A program made the translations under genes and the position numbers. A DNA stretch of 64,000 nt from Nevskiales bacterium (GTDB taxonomy: Bacteria; Pseudomonadota; Gammaproteobacteria; Nevskiales; CAJXLF01), in NCBI GenBank assembly GCA_041622995.1, contig JBFJXR010000009.1, forward strand, positions 120 through 64,119, written 5' to 3'. Below are positions 26,711-34,206 of this stretch, in pieces; the stretch's first letter is position 1, and the number at the start of each line of letters is the position of its first letter. Below the pieces are notes generated by a model that was not told the origin of the DNA, ran no database searches, and worked only from the letters and a program-made list of their open reading frames with translations.

Positions 26711-28948
26711 ATGTTTAAAGCCATAATGAATATGATGCGGGCCAACAGGATGTTGCCGCAGATTTCAGATACCGAACGCCTTGCGCTGGAATCCGGCGAT
26801 GTCTGGGTCGATGGAGAACTGTTCTCCGGCAAGCCCGACTGGTCGAAGATGATGGCGGAAGGCTATATGCGCCTTTCGGAGGAAGAGCAGGCGTTTCTGG
26901 ACGGGCCCTGTGAAGAGCTTTGCGGTAGGGTCGATACCTGGGCGCAAAGCCGTCGGGGTCATATTGATGACGAGACCCTGGACTATCTCAAGAAACATGG
27001 TTTCCTCGCCCTGAACATTGAAAAGAAATGGGGTGGCAAAGAATTCTCACCGGCAGCGGTAGCGGCGGTGATGAGCAAGATGACTGCGATTGGTTCGGCC
27101 AGCAGTTTCATAGTCATTCCCAACTCGATCGGTGGCGCTGAGCTGCTTCAACACTACGGCACCGAAGCACAGAAACAACATTACCTGCCCAAGCTGGCCA
27201 GTGGAGAGATGTTGCCATGTTTTGGTCTGACTGAGCCAACTGCCGGCTCTGATGCAGCCTCCATCAAAGCCGATGGCGAAGTCTTCAAAGATGATGGCGG
27301 CGAGATCAGGATTCGTCTGAACTTCCGTAAGCGTTACATCACGCTGGCTCCAGTCGCTGACCTGGTCAGCCTGGCCGCACGTCTACGTGACCCAGAGAAC
27401 CTGCTGGGCAAGGGCGAAGATGCAGGCATCAGCGTCATTGTGCTGGAACGCACAATGCCAGGCATGCAGATGGGCGAGCGTCACTGGCCGATAGGCGATC
27501 CGTTCTATAACGGCCCCATAGTAGGTAAGGACGTTGTTGTCTCTGCCGATAACATTATCGGCGGCAAGGAATGTGCCGGTGAGGGCTGGCGCATGCTGAT
27601 GGAAGCCCTTGCAGGAGGTCGTGCTGTGTCATTGCCAGCGACAGCCATGGCAGGCTTGAAGGTGGCATCAGCTACCGTGGGCGCCTATTCCATGGTGCGT
27701 CAGCAGTTCGGCATGCCGATTGGTCAGATGGAAGGCGTGGAAGTTCCCATCGCCAGGACCGCTGCCATGACCTATCTCTGTGCTGCAAGTCACAATTACT
27801 GCCTGCACGCACTGGGCAAAGGTATAGCACCGCCTGTGGTGTCGGCCATTCTGAAGCAGAATGTGACCGAGCTTTCACGACAGGCGATGATCGATGCCAT
27901 GGATGTGTTCTCTGGTGCGGGTGTCATGCAGGGGCCAAATAATATTCCAGGTCTGGGTTACCAGGCAGCACCGGTCACCATTACGGTGGAAGGCGCGAAC
28001 ATCATGACGCGAACCCTGATTATCTTTGGTCAGGGCGCGACCCGTTGTCACCCTTATGCACAGAAAGTGCTGGGCGCAGTCGAGGCGGATGATGTCGCCG
28101 CATTCCGTACCAATCTGTTGGGCTGGATGGGGCATATTGCGGCCACATCAGTTCGATTGTTACTCAATACCGTTACACGCGGCTTTACTGCTGGCTCGCC
28201 GGTATCCGGCCCTACTGCGACCTACTTTCGTCGTCTTGGCTGGGCGTCCTCGCGTTTTGCACTGCTAACCAATCTGGCCATGCTGGCCATGGGCAGCAAA
28301 CTCAAGGCCAGGGGTCGTCTGACGGGTCGCTACGCTGATGCGCTCTCCTGGATGTATCTGGGCTTTGCCACGTTGCAACGCTGGGAGGCTGAAGGTCGTC
28401 AGGAAGCGGATCTGCCTGCTGTGCGGTTCGCGATGGATACTGCGCTAAAGAACATTCAGGACAGCTTTGAGGGCATCTACGCCAATTTCGATGCACCCGT
28501 CATTGGGCTTTGGCTGCGTACAGTTGGCAGATTGATGCTGCGTGTAAATCCACTGAGCACGGGTCCATCCGATAACCAGTACCAGGAAACGGCTCGTCTG
28601 ATTCAGTCGCTAAATCCCAGTTATGACCGCATTACCGAAGGCAGTTACAAGTCCACACCGGACAAACCCGGCACGGGACGTTTGCTGGAGGCTTTCCGTT
28701 TGGTGGGTGAAGCACAGCCCGTATTGATGAAGATCCTGGCTGCACAGAAGGCACGTACTCTGCCACGTGGTCATGCTGAAGAATTAGCTGCACAGGCCGC
28801 AGAATCAGGGTTGATTACGTCTGATGAGCTGATACTGCTGAACCAGATGCGAGACGCCCGTCTTGCAGCGATTGAGGTGGATGTTTTTCCCTTCGATCTA
28901 ATTGAGAATGCACTAAAAGCTAACGAGCAAATTCCGGAAGCAGCCTGA
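26711..28948 (+). CDS. fadE: large acyl-CoA dehydrogenase (FadE-like)
   Basis: 745-aa protein with an ACAD core (CFGLTEPTAGSDA) plus the long C-terminal extension typical of FadE-type enzymes. Confidence 0.85.
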   Translation: MFKAIMNMMRANRMLPQISDTERLALESGDVWVDGELFSGKPDWSKMMAEGYMRLSEEEQAFLDGPCEELCGRVDTWAQSRRGHIDDETLDYLKKHGFLALNIEKKWGGKEFSPAAVAAVMSKMTAIGSASSFIVIPNSIGGAELLQHYGTEAQKQHYLPKLASGEMLPCFGLTEPTAGSDAASIKADGEVFKDDGGEIRIRLNFRKRYITLAPVADLVSLAARLRDPENLLGKGEDAGISVIVLERTMPGMQMGERHWPIGDPFYNGPIVGKDVVVSADNIIGGKECAGEGWRMLMEALAGGRAVSLPATAMAGLKVASATVGAYSMVRQQFGMPIGQMEGVEVPIARTAAMTYLCAASHNYCLHALGKGIAPPVVSAILKQNVTELSRQAMIDAMDVFSGAGVMQGPNNIPGLGYQAAPVTITVEGANIMTRTLIIFGQGATRCHPYAQKVLGAVEADDVAAFRTNLLGWMGHIAATSVRLLLNTVTRGFTAGSPVSGPTATYFRRLGWASSRFALLTNLAMLAMGSKLKARGRLTGRYADALSWMYLGFATLQRWEAEGRQEADLPAVRFAMDTALKNIQDSFEGIYANFDAPVIGLWLRTVGRLMLRVNPLSTGPSDNQYQETARLIQSLNPSYDRITEGSYKSTPDKPGTGRLLEAFRLVGEAQPVLMKILAAQKARTLPRGHAEELAAQAAESGLITSDELILLNQMRDARLAAIEVDVFPFDLIENALKANEQIPEAA

Positions 28949-28963
28949 TTCCCGGTTTCCGGT

Positions 28964-28998
28964 AAAAGCCGCGAGTTTCCGGATTTGCGGTTTTTTTT
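28964..28998 (+). terminator. probable rho-independent terminator
   Basis: Imperfect GC hairpin gccgcgagtttccggatttgcgg followed by T8. Confidence 0.6.
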
Positions 28999-29020
28999 AT
29001 GCTAGCTTGTGCCTTGATAA

Positions 29021-31357
29021 ATGATTCAAATGAATAATATGGAAGACACCTCACAGCGATTCACAGATGCTCTCTACGATTGGCCACTGAATCACCCATG
29101 GTGGATGCTGCTATTTGCAGCATTGCTGGTGGCCATGCTGGTTCCTGGTTTGACGCGCATTACATCAACATCAGATTATCGGGTGTATTTCGGCCCTGAT
29201 AACCCAGAGCTCAAGGCTTTTGATGCCACCACGGATCAGTTTGAGTTGGGTGAGACACTCATCATCGGAGTAGAAGCCCGGCTTGGGGATATGTTCACGG
29301 CAGAGCATTTGCAGGCGCTACGTGAATTTACCGAGCGAGCCTGGTTGCTGCCATACGCACAACGTGCAGACTCCTTAAGCAATTTCCAACTCGCGCACTC
29401 AGTAGAGGACGACATTTTCGTCAATAACCTAGTGCCAGAAGGGCTGCTGGGTGATGAAAAAAGACAGAGTATTCGCGACTATGCGCTGGCTTCCGATGAC
29501 CTGCTCAATCGCTATATCTCTCCAGATGGCAGCGTAGCCAGTGTGATGGTGCTGACGCCATTGCCACGCGAGAATCTGGAGGAAGAGGTGCCCAGGCTGG
29601 CTGATGCCCTGCGAGCGTTGATAAGTGAGTTTGAAGCCCGGTATCCAAGCCTGACGTATTATGCCAGCGGCGTTATTATGCTGAACGATGCCATGTCGCA
29701 AACAATGCGGCTGGATTTGAAGAAGCTATATCCGCTGGTTTATCTGATAATTTTTATTGGTCTGCTGCTGTATTTTCGCAGTTTGGCTCCCGTGCTTCTG
29801 ACTTTGTTGATTGTACTTCTGTCGGCAACTTCAGCTTATGCGACAGCAGGTTGGCTCGGAATTGTCTTAACGACAGCGACCATGGCCAGTGGCCTTGTTA
29901 TTACGACCCTGGCCGTAGCCGACTGTGTGCATATTCTCGTGAGTTGGCAGGCGCGTATTAATGGTGGTGATGACAAGCGTGAGGCAATGTCCTACAGCCT
30001 GCGAATCAACGCCTTGCCAGTATTTCTTACAAGTGTGACAACGGCAGTTGGCTTTGTCTCACTGGAGTTTGCTGATTCACCTCCATTCCGCGATCTCGGC
30101 AATATCGTTGCGGTAGGCGTGCTCATGGCTTTGTTGCTTTCTCTATTTACTTTGCCTGCCCTGGTGATGTTGTTGCCGGTCAAAATCAAGGCACGTACAA
30201 AACCAGTGAAATGGCCAGGAGCACTGGCAGCGTTTACTGTCAGGCGTCGTAACACGCTTCTGGTTGCGGGTCTGGTGGTGATCATTGCGCTGAGTTCAGG
30301 AATAGCTCTTAATCGATTTGGCGACAACCCGGCAGAATATTTCGATGAGAAAATTGTTTTCCGCAAGGATACCGATTTTCTGAATAATCGCCTTGTTGGT
30401 ATGCAACTTGTACAGTTTGTGTTGTCGGCCGAAAATTCTGGAGGCGTTAATGATCCCGCCTATCTACAACGGGTAGAAGCCTTTACAGAGTGGTTGCAGG
30501 TACAGCCTGAAGTCCGAAAGGTTGTGAGTGTAATGGACTTGCACAAGCGCCTGAATCGAACCATGCATGGCGATGACCCTGACTGGTATCGGCTGCCGGA
30601 TGACCGTGAATTGGCAGCGCAGTATCTGTTGTTCTATGAACTGTCGCTTCCGCAAGGCCTTAGCCTGAATAACCTCATTGATGCAGATCGCCAGCATAGT
30701 CTGATGCGGGTTTTTATGAAGTCAATTGAATCAAACAGGATTGCTGAATTTAATCAGCGAGCTGTTGCCTGGCTGGACGAAAACCAGCCTGATTGGTTTT
30801 TTAGTCAAACGGGTGGAACCAGTGCCCAGATTATGTTTGCCGGTATTGCCAAGCGTAATTTCATTAGCATGCTCACCGGTCTTGCGGTTGCTATCGTAAT
30901 TATCGTCCTTTTAATGATGACCATGATGCGCTCGGTGGGCATCGGACTGGTGAGTATTGTCCCAAACCTGGTGCCTGGCATGATGGCGTTTGGTCTTTGG
31001 GGCTATCTTGTAGGCAAGGTAGGTATCAGTCTGGCGGTGGTGGGATCGATAACACTTGGTATCGTGGTGGATGACAGTATTCATTTCCTGAGCAAATATC
31101 TCCGCGCTCGGCGGGAATATAATGCCAACCCCGCTGACTCAGTGCGTTATGCTTTTGAGATGGTCGGGCCGGCATTGGTTCTGACGTCTGTGATTCTAAC
31201 CATCGGCTTTTTAATTATCAGTCTTTCGTCATTCCAGTTAACAGCTTATATGGGATTGCTTACCGCAATTACCATTGCTTTAGCGATTGTTGCTGATTTC
31301 TTGTTTCTGCCGCCGTTGCTACTGCTGTTCGACAGGAATATTCGAAGTAGCCAATGA
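29021..31357 (+). CDS. RND-superfamily / MMPL-type exporter (COG1033-like, 12 TM)
   Basis: 778-aa protein. Two 6-TM bundles are each preceded by a large soluble loop, the typical MMPL/SSD layout. Confidence 0.8.
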   Translation: MIQMNNMEDTSQRFTDALYDWPLNHPWWMLLFAALLVAMLVPGLTRITSTSDYRVYFGPDNPELKAFDATTDQFELGETLIIGVEARLGDMFTAEHLQALREFTERAWLLPYAQRADSLSNFQLAHSVEDDIFVNNLVPEGLLGDEKRQSIRDYALASDDLLNRYISPDGSVASVMVLTPLPRENLEEEVPRLADALRALISEFEARYPSLTYYASGVIMLNDAMSQTMRLDLKKLYPLVYLIIFIGLLLYFRSLAPVLLTLLIVLLSATSAYATAGWLGIVLTTATMASGLVITTLAVADCVHILVSWQARINGGDDKREAMSYSLRINALPVFLTSVTTAVGFVSLEFADSPPFRDLGNIVAVGVLMALLLSLFTLPALVMLLPVKIKARTKPVKWPGALAAFTVRRRNTLLVAGLVVIIALSSGIALNRFGDNPAEYFDEKIVFRKDTDFLNNRLVGMQLVQFVLSAENSGGVNDPAYLQRVEAFTEWLQVQPEVRKVVSVMDLHKRLNRTMHGDDPDWYRLPDDRELAAQYLLFYELSLPQGLSLNNLIDADRQHSLMRVFMKSIESNRIAEFNQRAVAWLDENQPDWFFSQTGGTSAQIMFAGIAKRNFISMLTGLAVAIVIIVLLMMTMMRSVGIGLVSIVPNLVPGMMAFGLWGYLVGKVGISLAVVGSITLGIVVDDSIHFLSKYLRARREYNANPADSVRYAFEMVGPALVLTSVILTIGFLIISLSSFQLTAYMGLLTAITIALAIVADFLFLPPLLLLFDRNIRSSQ

Positions 31358-31370
31358 GAGAAGCCGGAAA

Positions 31371-31501
31371 GCTTTGGGCATTTACGCCAATTTTGATACA
31401 CCCGCCATAGGGCTATGGTTGCGATAGCAGTCGATGTGTTTTCCTTTGATCTGATCGAAAATGCCCTGAGAGCTAACGAGCATATTCCAAAAGCCGCCTG
31501 A
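31371..31501 (+). pseudogene. decayed duplicate of the fadE 3' end
   Basis: 31371-31430 aligns with 28464-28523, and 31431-31501 aligns with 28877-28948 including the TGA stop. Identity is roughly 80 percent by eye. There is a 1-nt indel, and about 350 nt are missing between the two blocks. Confidence 0.8.
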
Positions 31502-31757
31502 AAATGCATGGGTCGCAGTTACGATTGAGGCCCTGTTTTTTCAATTTCATTGAAAATTCTTCAGTGAAAATTCCAATCTCTCGAAACGGGTTTTCTGATT
31601 TGTAAACGGGGCAGGTGATGTGCAACAAGCTGAGTTACCGTTAGTCAGTTTGGGCGGGTTTTATCATTGAAGGTTTCAGTTATATTACAAACTCGGCATC
31701 AACCAGTGGTTAGTGCCTGATAAATAATCTTTTCGTGATTTTGGCTTGGAGAAATGA

Positions 31758-32699
31758 ATGGTTCACGTGCGCATGTCTGACGGGCACGATCTGGCTGTAC
31801 GCTGTATAGGTCGTGGTAAGCCGGTCATCCTGTTACATGGTTTTGCTTCACAATCCGCACACTGGCTAATCAATATCTGGCCGCTGCTCCATCGTTACAA
31901 ATTTCTCCTTCCCGACTTTCGTGGCTTTGGTCATTCCGTTCATACACCGATCAGCCATGAGGATGTCTTTGAACAATATGCCGACGACGTACATGATGTC
32001 GTCAACCACTTTGGTCTGGATGAATTTTCCATAGGGGGGATTTCTACTGGCGCACTGGTCGCGCTGACCTATAACCAACGCCATGGTTTTGATCGTGTGA
32101 ATCGTTACTTGCACATTGAGTGCGCGCCTCACACAAAGAACGGGCATGACTGGGACTGGGGGCTGTTCAGTCCTCGTCAGTCAGAGCTATTTAAACGTTT
32201 CGAAGACCTGATCGAAATGGCTCACGAGGCAGGTATCCACACCCCCTATTGGGAATTGCCCAGGAAAACGCGCAAGGCGCTCAAGGAAATGCTGGGGCGG
32301 GCGGTTGGATTGGCAGTTGATCGCAAGATTGCACGACGCGTTGCTTACTACGCCAGCATGTATGGAGAGCCTTTACTGGCCGGGCCGGTATTCCAGGTCG
32401 AACGCTGGTATGCCTATCTGCAGGTTTTGCAGGCCTTTATGCGGGGTCACGATGTACGTCCCTCTTTAAGTAGCATCAAGGTGCCGACTACACTCATGAT
32501 TGGCGCCAATTCCCGCTTCTTTCCGGCAGAAGGGCAGTTCCATATCCAGGAACATATCCCGCATGCCGAAATTGTTCACTTCAAACGCTCGGGTCATATC
32601 CCCATTTTGGACGAACCACTTCGGTTCCAGCGGGAGTTCAATCGATTCTTTGCCAGGGAAGCTGAACTGCCAGATCAGTCCCTGTCACTTTGTGCGTAA
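31758..32699 (+). CDS. alpha/beta-fold hydrolase
   Basis: HGF oxyanion motif (VILLHGFASQ) and nucleophile elbow GISTG. Confidence 0.8.
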   Translation: MVHVRMSDGHDLAVRCIGRGKPVILLHGFASQSAHWLINIWPLLHRYKFLLPDFRGFGHSVHTPISHEDVFEQYADDVHDVVNHFGLDEFSIGGISTGALVALTYNQRHGFDRVNRYLHIECAPHTKNGHDWDWGLFSPRQSELFKRFEDLIEMAHEAGIHTPYWELPRKTRKALKEMLGRAVGLAVDRKIARRVAYYASMYGEPLLAGPVFQVERWYAYLQVLQAFMRGHDVRPSLSSIKVPTTLMIGANSRFFPAEGQFHIQEHIPHAEIVHFKRSGHIPILDEPLRFQREFNRFFAREAELPDQSLSLCA

Positions 32700-32732
32700 T
32701 GAGTTTTATTGAGCAATTAGCGGATCGATGAA

Positions 32733-32789
32733 TAGAGAACAGCACTCATAATGCTGGGGTCGGTGGTTCAAGTCCACCCGTAGCCACCA
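32733..32789 (+). repeat. tRNA-Met (CAT) 3' fragment, copy 1: 5' acceptor and D-arm absent, att-like
   Basis: TAGAGAACAGCACTCATAATGCTGGGGTCGGTGGTTCAAGTCCACCCGTAGCCACCA matches the 3' two-thirds of an elongator tRNA-Met (compare E. coli metT ...CUCAUAAUGAUGGGGUC...CGUAGCCACCA). No GGCTACG 5' acceptor is present upstream. Confidence 0.8.
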
Positions 32790-32793
32790 TATT

Positions 32794-33177
32794 TTAATGG
32801 GCCGTACGTGTTCTGGATTCAGTACGTTGTGATATCAGGCACTCCGCAGGAATTCCAAACTCGTTATAGAGGCCTTCAATCATTCTCAGGGTCAGTGGGC
32901 GACTGCCTCGAAGAATTTCGTAGACCCTATTTTTTCTGCCGATGACAGGCACCAAGTCGTCAACTGTCAAACCCTGCTGCTCCATACGAAATTTGATAGC
33001 TTCAATTGGATTGGGTAAATCCATGGGAAAGTGAAGTCGTTCATATGCCTCTACCAGGGTCACGAGTACATCCAGCCGATCACCTTCAGGTGTATTGGCC
33101 CGGGCATCCATCAGGCCTTCAATCTCTGCAAGAGTGGCCTCGTAATCTGCGTCTGTTTTAATCGGTCGAATGTCCAT
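32794..33177 (-). CDS. higA: HigA-type antitoxin (HTH domain)
   Basis: 127-aa protein MDIRPIKTDADYEATLAEIEGLMDA... with a C-terminal HTH. It starts 11 nt downstream of the higB stop. Confidence 0.85.
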   Translation of the reverse strand: MDIRPIKTDADYEATLAEIEGLMDARANTPEGDRLDVLVTLVEAYERLHFPMDLPNPIEAIKFRMEQQGLTVDDLVPVIGRKNRVYEILRGSRPLTLRMIEGLYNEFGIPAECLISQRTESRTRTAH

Positions 33178-33188
33178 CACATCACCTC

Positions 33189-33491
33189 TCATATGCTTTG
33201 TACATCGATAGCATCGTACTGTTTGTGTGTACCGATGAATCGGATGTAAACAACTCTGTACGGGTAATTGATCCAAACCACAATTCGGTACTTGTTGCCA
33301 CCGATGTTAAAAACAACTCGTCCGTCTTTAAGAATGCTGGCATTTTTAAACTGAGCCTTTACCTGGCTGGGGTTGGCCCAGTCAGCTTTAAGAACTTCTC
33401 GATACCATGCCAATGTCGGTGAATGGGCGTCGCCGTACTCAGGTGAGTCAGCCCAAAAGGCTTTTAGCTTTGAAAGGGCAATAACTCGCAT
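33189..33491 (-). CDS. higB: HigB-type toxin (mRNA interferase, COG4680 family)
   Basis: 100-aa protein MRVIALSKLKAFW...FNIGGNKYRIVVWINY...VYIRFIGTHKQYD, the typical HigB signature. Confidence 0.85.
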   Translation of the reverse strand: MRVIALSKLKAFWADSPEYGDAHSPTLAWYREVLKADWANPSQVKAQFKNASILKDGRVVFNIGGNKYRIVVWINYPYRVVYIRFIGTHKQYDAIDVQSI

Positions 33492-33670
33492 GTGATGAAG
33501 TATAGTCCCAAATTGGGACTTAAGTAAACAAGCATGTGATATGTGCTGAAACTGGGTCAACGTGAAGTGCGCTGGGATGTCATTGAGGTGTCACTGAAAT
33601 ACGGTCAATAAGGGCATAATTCACAACTTTCTGATAACTAAAGGGAATATAAAGCAAATATTCGTCTAAA

Positions 33671-33789
33671 AATGCTGGGGCCGGGGTTACTCGGCCCATC
33701 CATGGGCCTCGCCCTTCGGGTGATCGTCGCTGCGCTCCGATATCCGATTTCGTTCCGGACGAAATCGTCCAATCCACCCGTAGCCACCA
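33671..33789 (+). repeat. tRNA-Met 3' fragment, copy 2, split by an ~87-nt GC-rich structured insert
   Basis: AATGCTGGGG (33671-33680), then the insert (33681-33767), then TCCAATCCACCCGTAGCCACCA (33768-33789). The insert contains CCCATCCATGGG..CTCG, as in repeat copy 2, plus three hairpins. Confidence 0.65.
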
Positions 33790-34206
33790 ATATTCTTATC
33801 ATTCAGTAAGCTATAACGGTCGCATTTTTAGCCGATTCCAGCACTTTGCGTGAAAAGCACAGCATTCTGCGTGAACGAGGCTCACGGGTAATCGTTGCGT
33901 GGTTCGGTCGTTTCGTGGCAACGCCAGACATCTTATTCAGAAGCCGGTAAAACGGCTCAATGCAAACCTTGAATTATTTCTCCTGACGACAGGTTATTAA
34001 TTATCCCAATCGATCATCATGCCTGGTCCAGTGCTCTCAACAGGATGAAAGCAAGTGATGAAGATCTGAAGGAATGGATTGATCACCTTTATTGCGTTAA
34101 AGTTGGAAAATGAAGAGCAACGCTAAAACATTAGGGGTACATTAGTGTAGGTTGCGAACTGTTGATTGGGCCTACATATAAATCAGAAATTACAAGGTCC
34201 AGGATT

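Noticed and set aside
31246-31509. 87-aa minus-strand ORF overlapping the RND gene end.
   Set aside because: It is antisense to the RND 3' end and to the fadE-remnant. The remnant explains the sequence better.
32701-32789. Intact tRNA-Met gene.
   Set aside because: The anticodon arm, T arm and 3' acceptor are present. The 5' acceptor GGCTACG and a pairing D-stem are absent from the upstream sequence (…cggatcgatgaatagagaac…), so only a 3' fragment is called.
33580-33777. 65-aa minus-strand ORF.
   Set aside because: It spans the split tRNA-Met fragment and its hairpin-rich insert. Its Gly/Arg/Pro-rich translation reflects GC-rich structured DNA and has no SD.
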